From: Octopus sinensis
Lineage: Eukaryota
Assembly: GCF_006345805.1 (NCBI RefSeq)
Contig: NC_042997.1
Location: 193,192,001 to 193,256,000, forward strand
Reading direction: 5' to 3'
Length of the DNA: 64,000 nt
Under the pieces are notes generated by a model that was not told where the DNA came from, ran no database searches, and worked only from the letters and a program-made list of their open reading frames with translations. Each line of letters opens with the position of its first letter. Position 1 is the first letter of the stretch. This document shows, piece by piece, positions 1-12,499 of the stretch. The position numbers and the translations under genes are program-made.

Positions 1-129
1 GCTTTTTACGTGCCACCAACATGGAAACCAGTCAAAGAGGCGCTGGCATCGGCCATCACTTTTATTTATAAAATGCAATATAAAATAAATGAAAATAAGC
101 ATTTATTGTATTTTTAATTTGTTCAACAG

Positions 130-323
130 AGATATTATATCAAAGCATGGAATTGCTGTAGTAGATTGCTCTTGGGCTAAATTACAACAGACACCATTCT
201 CCTCAATGAAAGGAAACCAGCCACGACTTTTACCTTACCTTGTTGCTGCCAACCCTATCAACTATGGCCGTCCCTGCAAATTGTCTTGTGTGGAAGCTTT
301 CGCTGCTACACTTTATATTGCAG
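130..323 (+). CDS. TSR3: TSR3 18S rRNA aminocarboxypropyltransferase, internal exon (upstream exons lie before the window)
   Basis: CAG acceptor 127-129, GTAAG donor at 324. Encodes [18 protein letters not shown]...[33 protein letters not shown], containing the recognisable Tsr3 motifs DCSW and [17 protein letters not shown]. Confidence 0.96.
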
Positions 324-345
324 GTAAGAATATTACCATAAATCT

Positions 346-549
346 TTGAGTATAATCTGCATTTTTCCCCCAAAATTTAAAGGTCAAAATATACAGTTTT
401 ACAAACCAAGGACGTTGTATAGACCTCCTTGACTCAAGTTAGAGAAGGGGTGCGTATTATACACAAGGTTTAGGTTTTTCAGAGGTACAGCCCCCTAAAA
501 ATCCTCTGCGTATTATATTCAAGGGTGGACTATACTCGAGGATTTACGG
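346..549. mobile_element. Internally deleted Tc1/pogo-type MITE in a TSR3 intron
   Basis: Right TIR TATACTCGAGGATTTACGG followed by TA. Matches the longer copy at 63519-64000. Confidence 0.7.
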
Positions 550-764
550 TATTACCATTAATTTAGAAATAAAGGTTCTTTGTTCAAATCTAGACTTGTA
601 CTATTGATACATTCAGCAATAAGACATCTATTGACAATTGAAATGTAAGGTAGATGCAAATGTCTTATATCTATAAAGATAAGGTAAATTGTACTTGTCT
701 GAATAATTATATTCCTATCAATAACAATTCATGTCAGAGATTATATGGGCTTTTTCTTTTGTAG

Positions 765-944
765 GTTTCTCAGAACTAGGTAAAATATTGCTACGGAAGT
801 TCAAATGGGGGCTAAATTTCTTCACCTTGAATGAAGAATTACTGGATCTCTATGCAGCCTGTAAAAATAGCACCGATGTGGTTGAACTGCAGAATTCTTA
901 TTTAGAGAAAATTGAACTTGAAAAAACACAGCGGAATGATGAGG
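765..944 (+). CDS. TSR3: TSR3 exon (phase 1 to 1, 180 nt)
   Basis: Pyrimidine tract + TAG at 762-764, GTAAGT donor at 945. Encodes GFSELGKILLRKFKWGLNFFTLNEELLDLYAAC, matching the Tsr3 LLRKFKWG...LN..LL..YAAC motif. Confidence 0.95.
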
Positions 945-1139
945 GTAAGTTAGCTCTGTTTTACTTTTACGTTATTTCTTTTCACACTTTTCTGTTTATA
1001 TCTTTTACTTGTTTCAGTCATTAGACTGCGGCCATGCTGGGGCACTGCCTTGAAGAACTTAAGTTGAGAATCGACCCCCATGGTTTTTTTTTTTAAAAGC
1101 TTGGTACTTATTCAATCAGTCTTTTTTTTTGTCTTTTTC

Positions 1140-1530
1140 TACTCTAAGCACAAGGCCCAAAATTTTTGGGAAGGTGGGGTCAGTAGATTAGATCGACTCC
1201 AGTACACAACTGGTACTTAATTTATCAACCCTGAAAGAATGAAAGGAAAAGTCGACCTCGGCGGAATTTGAACTCAGGACATAAATACAGACGAAATACC
1301 TATTTCTTTACTACCCACAAGGGGCTAAACACAGAGGGGACAAACAAGGAGAGACAAATGGATTAAGTTGATTACATCGACTCCAGTGCGCCACTGGTAC
1401 TTAATTTATCGACCCCGAAAGGATGAAAGGCAAAGTCGACCTTGGCGGAATTTGAACTCAGAATGTGATGGCAGACGAAATACCGTTAAGCATTTCGCCC
1501 CACGTGCTAACGTTTCTGCCAGCTTGCTGC
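1140..1530 (-). mobile_element. SINE family A, head-to-tail dimer
   Basis: Two copies of the ...GAGTTCAAATTCCGCCGAGGTCGACTTTGCCTTTCATCCTTTCGGGGTCGATAAATTAAGTACCAG core (reverse strand) with a tRNA-like B-box. Confidence 0.85.
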
Positions 1531-2309
1531 CTTTTTTTTTTCATCAGTTCACGTGGATAGCCACACTTTTTTGTGTGGAGCTTAGGTGTTTCACTCATAA
1601 ACACCCACATCGCCCAGTCTGAGATTCGAACTCACAATCCCTCAACCGTGAGTCTGCTGCTCTAACCACTAGGCCATGTGCCTCCACAATCAGTTTCTTT
1701 TACCAAACCCCTAAGTGATGAAGATGGGACAAACGCATACTTATCACACACACATACACATACATATACGACAGTCTTCTTTCAGTTTCCATCTACCAAA
1801 TCCACTCACAAGGCTTTGCCCAAGATGCCGTGCAATGGGACTGAACCTAGAACCATATGATTGAGAAGCAAACTCCTTACTACACAGCCATGCCTATAAT
1901 ATTATCTGAAAATATATTCAATATATTTTCCTAGCTTCTCACAAATGCAAGTGGTTCAGTGGTTAGAGTATACCACTCACAATTACAAGATTGTGGTTTC
2001 GATTCCTGGACTGGGTGGAGTGTTGTATGCTTGAGCAAAACAATTCATGCCACGTTACTCTTGTCCACTCAACTGTAAATGATTAACTCAGTATCAGACT
2101 GGCTTCCCATTCAGAAGAAATGTTGTGATGCTGGTCACTTATACACCATGGCAACCGTGTATCCAGCCCCATGAATCCCAGGACACAAAGACAGTAATGT
2201 TCACAGGAATTACTATCAAAGTCAAATTCGATGACTGGCATCCATGCTAGTGGGAGTGCTAAGAGTACCATACGAGTGAGATCGTTGCCAGAGCAACAAG
2301 CTGTCCTCT

Positions 2310-2700
2310 GTGCTGATGGCACGTTAAAAACACCATTCGAGCGTGATTGTTACCTGCGTCGCCTTACTAGCACTTGTGCTGGTGGCATGTGAAAAAACAT
2401 TCGAGGTCGTTGCTGGTGCCGCTGGACTGACTCCTGTGTAGGTGGCACATAAAAAGCACCACTTGAGTGTGACCATTGCCTGTACCGCCTGTCTGGCCCT
2501 TGTGCTGATGGCACGTAAAAGTACCCACTACACTCTCGGAGTGGTTGGCGTTAGGAAGGGCATCCAGCTGTAGAAACTCTGCCAGATCATATTGGAGTCT
2601 GGTGCAGCCATCTGGTTCGCCAGTCCTCAGTCAAATCATCCAACCCATGCTAGCATGGAAAGTGGACATTAAACGATGATGATGATGATGATGATAATGA
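2310..2700 (+). mobile_element. Repeat family D (tandem 5' subunits, (GAT)n tail)
   Basis: GTGGCACGTAAAAGCACC subunits, GAGTGGTTGGCGTTAGGAAGGGCATCCAGC core, GATGATGAT tail. More than a dozen further copies, e.g. 25190-25445, 27740-28030, 28900-29237, 32170-32478, 34160-34530, 48970-49115, 62080-62235. Confidence 0.85.
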
Positions 2701-2775
2701 GGATGTTTTTGCTTTGAAAATCAAATAGTTTTACATGCACTTACACCCTTATTATCCTTTTCCTTTCTTTTCTAG

Positions 2776-2839
2776 ACATGTTTGATACTTCTTTGGAATA
2801 CTATAACCCTAATCGAATGGACAGGCAAGAAGATATAAG
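2776..2839 (+). CDS. TSR3: TSR3 small exon (64 nt, phase 1 to 2); missed by the ORF track
   Basis: tttcttttctag acceptor, GTAAAT donor at 2840. Encodes DMFDTSLEYYNPNRMDRQEDI, alignable to vertebrate DPFDVDSGREFGNPNR. Phases fit both neighbours. Confidence 0.88.
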
Positions 2840-3059
2840 GTAAATAGTTAACTGTTGATCTCACTTCTACATCACTATAGATTCTTCTCTTTTTTATCTT
2901 TATTGCAATCAAACCTGGATACAATGCAGCAGTGGATCATGGCCTGGCAACTCAAGCTGGCTGTGGACAAATGTACCACCATGCATTTTGGGAGGAAAAA
3001 CCCAGTGTCTACTTGGATGGAAGCACTCCGTCGGTTACGACGACAAGGGTTCCGGTTGA

Positions 3060-3400
3060 TCCGATCAACGGAACAGCCTGCTCATGAAATTAATGTGTAA
3101 GTGGCTGAGCATTCCACAGACACGTGTACCCTTAACGTAGTTCTCAGGGATATTCAGCGTGACACAGAGAGTGACAAGGCCGGCCCTTTGAAATACAGGT
3201 ACAACAGAAACAGGAAGTAAGAGTGAGAGAAAGTTGTGGTGAAAGAGTACAGCAGGGATCACCACCATCCCTACCGGAGCCTCATGGAGCTTTAGGTGTT
3301 TTCGCTCAATAAACACTCACAACGCCCGGTCTGGGAATCGAAACCGCGATCGTACGACCGCGAGTCCGCTGCCCTAACCACTGGGCCATTGCGCCTCCAC
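3060..3400 (-). mobile_element. SINE with family C tRNA-like head and an alternative body
   Basis: Head GTGGAGGCGCAATGGCCCAGTGGTTAGGGCAGCGGACTCGCGG on the - strand joined to a body also seen at about 29720-29880. Confidence 0.8.
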
Positions 3401-3901
3401 AGTGTCTACTTACTCCCTCCACAACACTAATCTCAAAAAGTCTTCTTGTGAACGTGACCTGGGCACATATCTGACTCATACACTGTTCACTTTCCACACA
3501 TTTGTACATTACTGCATATGCTTTATACGCACTTTTTGACAAGTTGTGGTGCACCTGAGCACTGTATACAATAATTTCGTTATTATTATTTTTAAAAGTG
3601 GAATGAGTGCTTCTTCTCAGCAACAGGAGTTCTTTTGCTGGCAACTGTTTGAACATCAGCGTGAGTGAGATTACCCCATGTATTGGCTCAAGGCTAGAAG
3701 ATTCCAGGGATCTAACCCATAGTTGAGGCCTTTTACAGATGCTTTTAAACACATCTCAAACCACTTTTTCTATCTCTATCAGTGCACATTCTCTAACAGA
3801 GTTCACTGTAGAGGGGCTGTTTTGGGTGGGTGAGATTTGCAAGAGTACTGGCTGTTATTTCTAGCTGGTTGAGCATTCTGAGTGGAGGCTGTCTATCAGC
3901 T

Positions 3902-4273
3902 TTACTCTTTTACACTTTTACCTGTTTTAGTCAATTGACTGTGGCCATGCTGGAGCACCGCCTTTAGTCGAGCAAATTGACCCCAGGACTTATTCTTTAT
4001 AAGCCTAGTACTTATTTTATCGGTCTCTTTTGCCAAACCGCTAAGTTACAGGTACGTAAACACACCAGCATCTGTTGTCAAGTGATGTTGGGGGGACAAA
4101 CACAGACACACAAACATACATATATATGACGGGCTTCTTTCAGTTTCCGTCTACCAAATCCACTCACAAGGCTTTGGTCGGCCCGAGGCTATAGTAGAAG
4201 ACACTTGCCCAAGGTGCCACACAGTGGGACTGAACCCGGGACCATGTGGTTCGTAAGCAAGCTACTTACCCAC
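3902..4273 (-). mobile_element. SINE family B (about 430 nt consensus)
   Basis: GGCACCTTGGGCAAGTGTCTTCTACTATAGCC core, internal TA/TG microsatellite, GACTGAAACAAGTAAAAG tail. Further copies at 10570-10835, 11328-11779, 17960-18355, 52614-52990, 53615-54021, 60321-60709, 60931-61300. Confidence 0.88.
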
Positions 4274-4475
4274 ATCTCAGTGGTTAAGAGTAATAAATTT
4301 CTCTTAGTTGCTAAAGTGATTGCTTCAATGAAGACCATCCTCTTTGTTCTAATACAGGTATAAAACAAAAGAAAAACAAATAGATATTACACACACATTC
4401 ACACATGCGTGCACATAGATTTTGTTACATTAAAAAATGTCTTAACTTTGATAACGTTTATTTTACTTATTGCAG

Positions 4476-4749
4476 TGTATCAGAATCTGATGATGATGAG
4501 GATGAAGATGATGATGACGACGATGAAGTCAGTGAGGATGAAGACAATGATGATAGTGATAATAATGATGATAACGATCATGATGATGTTGCTGCTGATG
4601 ATGGGGGCAAAAAGATAGAGGAGGATAGAGACATTCGGACAGATTGTTCTGGAAGAACTCAGAACATGAAGTGTAGTCACATAACAGAAAGAAACAAAGA
4701 TGCAGAACTAGAAACAGAATTCAAAAAGTTCTCTCTGAATCCATCTTAG
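4476..4749 (+). CDS. TSR3: TSR3 terminal coding exon, acidic low-complexity tail
   Basis: ttattgcag acceptor. Phase 2 gives SVSESDDDEDEDDDDDDEV...KKFSLNPS, TAG at 4747-4749. Confidence 0.85.
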
Positions 4750-4919
4750 GACTGATGTTTAATCCAGATATTCTATGTAATTTGAAAATATATTAAAATT
4801 ATTTAAAATACTGAAATTATTGTATACAGTGCTCAGGTGCTCCACAACTTGTCAAAAGGTTATATTTATACAATTTGTCCAAAAATTATATTTATATAAT
4901 TAAATCAATTTTTTTAAGA

Positions 4920-4925
4920 AATAAA
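4920..4925 (+). promoter_or_regulatory. Candidate TSR3 polyadenylation signal AATAAA
   Basis: AATAAA about 170 nt after the stop codon; AT-rich context makes chance matches common. Confidence 0.45.
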
Positions 4926-5454
4926 ATGTTAAAATGATAGCAGACATTATAAGAATCATTTTGAGACAGAAAGGAACAACAGGTCTGCTTGACTGGATTT
5001 GAACTTCGTTTCTAACACTTGCCAACTGGCTGTGTTACCGTTTATGCCCCAGAACACCTGCTAGTCCTTCATCTGAATTGGTTAAGTTGGTATTTACATC
5101 TATTGTTTGTTTTTTGGGGTTTTTTTTTATTTTTATTTTTTCCTCCAAATGATATGTCCTGTGGTTCTGCACTTAAATTAATGAATAATAAAGAAAAATC
5201 CCTTACTTGAAAAATTTGGGAGGTTTAGCAATAGAAAGGGCATCTGGTTGGTCAGTTACTTAGCAAAACAACAAATTAAACTCCATACACTATCACTTAT
5301 AATGATGAGCTTGTGTGTAAGTTTGTCCAAAATCACACTAGGAGAAGTAGCAGAGTAAGTAAAATGAATGTTGAATGATGATAATGATGCCCATATATTA
5401 AATATTATACATTATACACCAATGTCCATATATAAATATTATTTTTTTTTTATT

Positions 5455-5760
5455 TATGCGCCCTTTTCAAGCTTAGCCAGGCTCATGGGCCCGGTTTCCT
5501 GGTTTCTATGGCATAAGTGTTCACCCCAGCTGGATGGGACACCAGTCCATCGCAGCGTTACTCAAGAAACAGGAAGAAAGAGTGAGAGAAAGTTAGGCGA
5601 AAGAGTACAACAGGGGTCGCCCCCCCACCCTGCTGGAGCTTCGTGTAGCTTTAGGTGTTTTCGCTCAATAAACACACACAACGCCCAGTCTGGGAATCAA
5701 AACCGCGATCCTCCGACCGCGAGTCTGCTGCCCTAACCATTGGGCCATTGCGCCTCCACA
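5455..5760 (-). mobile_element. Chimeric SINE: family C head + family F tail
   Basis: C head joined to GCGATGGACTGG...GAAACCGGGCCCATGAGCCTGGCTAAGCTTG, the 3' end of family F (57010-57255). Confidence 0.78.
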
Positions 5761-6039
5761 TATAGATATTATATGTAATATATATGTCTATATATTGTAA
5801 GGATTGTAATTCAGCCCAGTTTATGGTAATGTCTAATGTCATTTTACACAAAAAATCTGATGAATTAATTGAATTAATTTCTTCAAAATGTTATATTTTT
5901 TAGAAGACATTTGAACCCTATTTTTGTAATTAATAAATGTAAGAAAAAAAAACCTACCTCACAGTTCACTATCACTTCGATCAATTTTTTTTTATGTCTT
6001 TGTGCAAACTTTTGTAGTTATTATAACATAAATGTCTGT

Positions 6040-6452
6040 GGGTTTGTCTTATGAAGAAAGGCTGAAGACGCTCGACCTTTATTCTCTAGAAAAACGCCGC
6101 CGCTGTGGTGATCTCATTCTCGCTCACATCATAAGCGGAAAGTGTAACCTCTCGAAAGAGCTGTTCTTTACTTCTGCTCCAGAGCGTCGGCTGTGGGGTC
6201 ATTCCGAAAAGCTCTACCTGCAACGATTTCATCTCAGTCGAAGGAGAGGGACTTTCTCCGTCTGGGTTGCGGATCCGTGGAATAAGCTGCCAGACGAGAT
6301 GAAGATGCCGACGACCGCTTTGTTCAAAGTCTCCCTTGACCTCAAGTGGCCTGAATTCCTTTACATGAACACCACCCTGTACTTAATTCCATGTCCCCCT
6401 ACATGGCCTTGCTTTTTGCTTTTGAGCCAAAAAGTTAACTAACTAACTCTTT
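6040..6452 (+). mobile_element. CR1/L2-type LINE 3' fragment (degenerate RT C-terminus)
   Basis: GLSYEERLKTLDLYSLEKRRRCGDLI...GHSEKL...FSVWVADPWNKLP motif, then a (TAAC)n tail. Confidence 0.85.
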
Positions 6453-7519
6453 AGCATTTAAACTGGCCATATCCGGCCCAAATATTCTACCTGTTTTATG
6501 CTCAAACTGACCAGATCTAGCTTCTCACACCAACCCTACAGTGACATTCCAAAACAAAATAATCACATCATTGAAATCTCAAATCTACAAGATAATGCAC
6601 GATTAATTCAAAACATTGTCAATAAATAAGCATTACAATTGATGGAATAATCAATACTAAATGGTTAATGTAAAAGAACAGCAGTTCTGTTGGAACACCG
6701 TCTAATTCTAGTGCCTTGCTGTTGTTCATCTGCTTAACTGCCAGAACTACTATGTCTCTGTACACTTACAATCCACACAGCGTGACTGAACCCAGAACCA
6801 TGTGGTTCTGGGTTTGTATTGTGACTGAACCAAGAACCATGTGAGAAGCAAACTTCTCACCACACAGCCATGCCTGCACCTATTTGTATATATAATGGGA
6901 TGATGTGGTAAAGCATGACCTTCGAAGATTAGGCTTCACCAAGGCAATGACTAGTGACCGAGACCATTGGAAATATGCTGTGCTTGAGAAGCCCCGGCAA
7001 GCCAAGTGAGACCATAACCTCATGGCCTATGCCAGGGGTGTAACCAGCTCATTTATGCGTACCTTTCCTTCATTGGACACTAAACTCTGCTTGCTGCGAA
7101 GACCTGTTGTGACAAGTGAAATCGAAATCAAATTCAATGACTGGCAAGTTACGGGGACGTAAACACACCAGCATTGGTTGTCAAGCGATGTTGGGGGAAC
7201 AACCACAGACACACAAACATACACACATACACATACATAGATATATAAATATATCATGTGACCAACCAGACCATCAGATGTTGCTACACATCGCTGGTCA
7301 CAATGTGTTCGCATTGTTTTAGCCTTTGAATGACGCCACCCCGCTGGCTAAGCGAGCAGGCCAACAGATGAAAGAGTGAGAGAAAGTGTGGTGAAAGAGT
7401 ACAGCAGGGATCACCACCACCCCCTGCCGGAGCCTCGTGGAGCTTTAGGAGTTTTCACTCAATAAACAGTCACAATGCTCGGTCTGGGATTCGAAATCGC
7501 GGTTTCGAATCCCAGACCG

Positions 7520-7550
<31 letters not shown>

Positions 7551-8543
7551 AATAAGAAAATGGAGGAATACACTTTAATCAATCATCCACTACCAGATAA
7601 TACCCATTCACATAATTTATTAACCAACTACATAGGAACATCAAGATCAAACACAATAATACAGAACAAAACAGTACGCATCAATGAGTAATATGATACC
7701 ATAAGTACAATACGTATAAATAAATATGAATATAAACTAGATCTTACAGCTGTTTCAGCCATGTAGATAGGAGTATCTCATTATGCTCATATTAGCCAGG
7801 TGTGTTAAGGTAATATGTGGTTATAAATGAGATACTTACATATATATCCCAAGGCCTCTTCAGAGATTATGAATATAAGAGAAGGTACACATATACAAGA
7901 ATAAGTACATATACATAAACATAATATATAATATAATATACACATACATATAAGTGTACATGCACATGCACCTACATATATATAAGTATATACATAATAA
8001 TATACATACATATAAGGTTACAGTTATATACAATGGGCTTCTTTCAGTTTCTGTCTACCAAATCCACTCACAAGGCTTTGGTTGGCCTGAGGCTAGTAGA
8101 AGACATTTGCCGAAGGTGCCACACAGTGGGACTGAACCCAGAACTATGTGGTTGGTAAGCAAGCTACTTACCACACAGTCTTTTCATTGCATAAGATTTT
8201 ATGTACATGCATTACAGCATAGTGTGTCAAATGATGTTGCAGCATAATTTTGAGCCCAGCTCAATGATTTGGCAACAAAAAACATCCAGAAAAACCTTAG
8301 TGTCTCCAAAGTATAGTCATGAGAAAATCTTTGTGGACGTCCTGGTTTTCAGAAACATAACAACAATAACTGATTTGTGTTCCATTCCAGAGAAATCACG
8401 TATGATACCAATCTTCAAACTTTTTTCTGATCTCATATACAGTGATCCCTTGTTTATTGCGGTAGATTGGTTCCGAGACCGGCCGTGATAACTGAATTTC
8501 TGTGAAGTAGGGACACCATATTTACAGTATTTATTTAACATGT

Positions 8544-8841
8544 GTGGAGGCGCAATGGCCTAGTGGTTAGGGCAGCGGACTCGCGGTCATAGGAAGCGGG
8601 TTCAATTCCTAGACCGGGCGTTGTGAGTGTTTATTGAGCAAAAACACCTAAAAGCTCCACGAGGCTCCGGCAAGGGGTGGTGATCCCTGCTGTACTCTTT
8701 CACCACATCTTTCTCTCACTCTTTCTTCTGTTGGCCTGCTCGCTTAGCCAGCGGGGTGGCGTCATTTGAAGGCTAAAACAATGCGAACGCATTGTAACCA
8801 GCGATGTGTAACTACATCTGATAGCCTGGTTGATCACGGTG
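8544..8841 (+). mobile_element. Full-length SINE family C with 11-bp TSD
   Basis: TSD ATTTAACATGT at 8533-8543 and 8842-8852. tRNA-like head with A/B boxes. Confidence 0.88.
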
Positions 8842-9171
8842 ATTTAACATGTATTTGGACTTTTAAAACACTCCCTGTACTGCTAATATCCACCCATTAC
8901 AGTAGTCTATTAATAACAAGGACAACTGTTAAGCAATAACACTTTAGATTTTAAAAAAATAAAGATTGTTACTATTACACAGGCCAGATTACAAAATAGA
9001 AAGCTGTGATTTGTCATCTCTCTCCATTGCACCAATCACAGCCCGTCTTAAGTTCAAATACCCCCGTATATGCTTTTTTGCTATTTTACGCTTGTTTTGT
9101 TGTTCATAGACTAAGAAATAGTATTTATTATTAATATTTTAATGGATTTAATGAAAAATTTTAGGCATTCG

Positions 9172-9511
9172 TCTCTCTATATATAAACGGCAAAATGTCT
9201 GCGTGTGTGTCCTTTATACAAATCCACAATTTTTCAGTTAGAGAGCTTGCACTTTCTATGGTCATTCAAAACCGTCCAAGGGTGGTCGTGCACATCTTTA
9301 CATTTCCCCAGTCACCCAACAAATCCATTAAAAAATCAATAGAAGTGACTTTTTTGTGAATTTTGTATCTAAAACCCAATCAAAATGCCCGAAACTAGCT
9401 GTATGTGATTGGTCGGAGATTTGGACAGTACTCGCGTATATGTGCACACGCATGCAGCTATATATGCATGCACTAGCACTATGACCCGGCGTTGCCAGGT
9501 CATAGTGCTAG
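9172..9511 (+). mobile_element. Non-autonomous Helitron
   Basis: 5' TC(TC)TATATATAAA start, 3' hairpin and CTAG end followed by T, no TSD. Confidence 0.65.
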
Positions 9512-9649
9512 TATATATATATTTTTAAAATCCGCGAAGTCGTGAATCTGTGATAGTTGAACCGCAAAATACTGAGGGATCACTGTAGGGTGTTATGAAT
9601 ATATGCCTCTAAGATTTCATTTTGTATGGTATCAGATAGGAAATTAACT

Positions 9650-10910
9650 CATCGTTTAGGCTGTTGATTTACTTCTGCACTACGTTCTTTGGCAAGTTTC
9701 CTGTGACACATGTTAACTTTCTCTTCAAAGATGGAACTAGAAACTTCTTTTATTTTTTACTAAGAATATTCCTTGAAAGTTCTCTCCCCCACCCCACCCC
9801 GTTATTTGAGCAAATTTTTTTTTTCCTATTCGTTTTCTACACATTTTTTTTTACACCTATTAGACTGGTTTTTCTTTGTTTTGGTGACCGGGCGCTAAAC
9901 TAGATCCAGAAAGTTATGAGGGGAAAAAAACGGATCGTGTGAACTTTCCGACAGTCTTCTCCTCACCCCTTCGGAGAAAAACTTCCCCTCAAATTTCTTT
10001 ATAATCGTAATCTATGCTGTTTGAAAGGTGTTTCTATAAAATTTCACTAAAAGATATCCATTTTCCTGAAAGTTATGAGGGAAAAAAAACGGATCGTGTG
10101 AATTTTCTGACAGTCCTCTCTGCATCCCTTCAGAAAACATTTTCCCCAGAATTTCTTTATAATCATAATTTGTGCAATTTGAACGGCATTTCTATAAAAT
10201 TTCATCAATACGTATCCATTTTCCTGAAAGTTATGAGGGAAAAATCGGATCTTTTGAATTTTCCAAAAGTTCTCTCCCCACCTTACCCCCGTTCGTTTGC
10301 GCCAATTTTTTTCCATATTCGCTTCTACACATATTTTTTTTTTTTACACATAGTAGGCTGGGTTTTTTTTTTTATTGTTTTCGTTATTGGGTCTCAAACT
10401 GTATATTAACCGAATTTTTATAGAAATACCTTTCAAACGGCATAGATTACGATTATAAAGAAATTTGTAGGGAAAATGTTTTCTGAAAGGGTGGGGAGAA
10501 GATTTTGGGAAAATTCACACGATCCTATTTTTTATCACCTTTCAAACGGCATACTCTTTTATTCTAAGTGACGGGGACGTAAACACACCAGCATCGGTTG
10601 TCAAGCAATGCTAGGGGGACAAACACAGACACACAAACACATACACACACACACATATATAAATATACATATATACGACAGGCTTCTTTCAGTTTCCATC
10701 TACCAAATCCACTCACAAGGCATTGGTCGGCCCGGGGCTATAGCAGAAGACACTTGCCCAAGATGCCACGCAGTGGGATTGAACCCGGAACCATGTGGTT
10801 GGTTAGCAAGCTACTTACCACACAGCCACTCCTGCGCATAGATTACGATTATAAAGAAATTTGTGGGGGAAAATTTTTTCCGGGGTGGTAGGGAGAAAAG
10901 TTTAGGAAAA
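9650..10910. repeat. Complex repeat with internal units of about 160 bp in both orientations
   Basis: AAAGTTATGAGGGAAAAAAACGGATC... units at about 9910, 10070, 10230. Inverted copies at about 10410-10550 and 10840-10910. Related pieces at 11990-12230 and 14720-14900. Confidence 0.65.
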
Positions 10911-11560
10911 ACGGAATTTCGGATCAGGAAGAACACATAAGTTTATTTTTTTAAACTCCACCCACCTCTTGGCTGATTTTGGCCACTCTTTTGCATTTAA
11001 AAACTATGGGAGGAGCCTTTTCGGTAAAAAAAAAAAGAAAAAAGAAAATAGTAAATATTTTCAAAGGAAAAAGTGTGATTTAAGGAAAATTTGGCTGTTG
11101 TTTCTAACACATCCCAAGACAACCCTTCTCGTTTCTTTCTCACCCTTGCATGTATTGAGGTTTTTCAATATTTTTCTCCCCATAAACACATTTATGCTAT
11201 AAAAAAATTCGAAAATTTATTATTCTTTTCAACCCCGTTCCTGACTGTTTCTGTTTATAAGTTAAAATATTGGAGAGCCTGAGGTCATTTCTGGTATTTT
11301 ATCCACAGGGATTAAAAAAAAAAGGTCTTTTACTTGTTTCAGTCATTTGACTGCGGCCATGCTGGAGCACCGCCTTTAGTCGAGCAAATCGACCCCAGGA
11401 CTTATTCTTTGTAAGCCTAGTACTTATTCTATCGGTCTGTTTTGCCGAACCGCTAAGTGACGGGGACGTAAACACACCACCTTCGGTTGCCAAGCAATGC
11501 TAGGGGGACAAACACAGACACACAAACATACACACACACACATATATATATATATATTAT

Positions 11561-11602
<42 letters not shown>

Positions 11603-12235
11603 ATATATACATACATATATACGATGGGCTTCTTTCAGTTTCCGTCTACCAAATCCACTCACAAGGCTTTGGTTGGCCCGAGGCTATAGCAGAAGACACT
11701 TGCCCAAGATGCCACGCAGTGGGACTGAACCCGGAACCATGTGGTTGGTTAGCAAGCTACTTACCACACAGCCACTCCTGAAAGAATTAATTTTAAATAG
11801 CCTACCTTTCTGTTAGAAAATGTTTTTTTTTTCTTACACACACACACGGCCTCGCTTAATTAAGGTGGGTGTAAAAATTCAAATTGTCATTTTTGTTGGT
11901 GCTTATATCCCACCAATGGAACACGCGTTTGATCCATTGGTATCACCATTAAGAGGCTGGGGAGGAGAATAAAAAAAATTCGTAAATTTTCCAAACTGTT
12001 TTTTCATATAAGGATGCTTCCCATCATTTCGAAGGCTGTCGTGAAAAGCAATGGGAAAAATCCCCGTCAAAACGGAGAAATTCCAACTTATGTGGTCTTC
12101 TTGATTCGAAAGTCCGTTTTTCCATAACTCCTCTCCTCGCCCCCTTGGAAAAAATTTTCCTCTCAAATTTTTTGTAATTGTAATCTAATTTTTTTCCAGG
12201 TGTCTCAGGTCCACGCGACCAAACCAAACAAAAAG

Positions 12236-12239
<4 letters not shown>

Positions 12240-12297
<58 letters not shown>
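12240..12297. repeat. (GA)n microsatellite
   Basis: Perfect GA dinucleotide run of about 58 bp. Confidence 0.95.
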
Positions 12298-12299
<2 letters not shown>

Positions 12300-12499
12300 T
12301 CTGAACATTTTTAATCAAATGAAATGGTGAGCCTGGCATCCTCTCAAATAGGGACGTGTGAACAAAATTAAATGTGTCTGACTGCGGTTGAAATCATGCG
12401 GTTGCACGCGTAACTGAAATCTATGGTTATGAATAGCAGAAGATGCAATATGATCAAATGTGATCTTGCAGAAAAATAATTCACAAGTTCGTTCACGAA

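Larger units (their letters stand above)
8440..9585. mobile_element. Tigger/pogo-like element with TA TSD hosting a SINE C and a Helitron
   Basis: TA-CAGTGATCCCT (8438-8450) ... AGGGATCACTG-TA (9575-9587). Confidence 0.8.

Noticed and set aside
346-549. Same MITE at both ends of the window suggesting a large composite element
   Set aside because: Both copies are in the same orientation within introns of different genes; they are independent insertions.
4486-4600. Idea that the TSR3 acidic tail is an exonised D-repeat (GAT)n tail
   Set aside because: No D body upstream, and acidic C-terminal tails are already known in Tsr3 proteins.
4409-4680. Met-rich and Ile-rich ORFs overlapping the TSR3 last exon
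   Set aside because: Alternative frames of the (GAT)n acidic tract. Only the Asp/Glu frame fits the TSR3 splice phase.
8544-8620. tRNA-like sequences at SINE heads (also 41857, 57255, 3400)
   Set aside because: They continue into SINE bodies with TSDs and lack a complete cloverleaf acceptor stem. Not called as tRNA genes.
10598-11816. Recurrent ORFs such as RLPNPLTRLW...RRHLPKMPRSG and LQLDALPNANHSESVVGAF across the ORF track
   Set aside because: These are translations of SINE B and D repeats in many copies, with no splice context or protein family signature.
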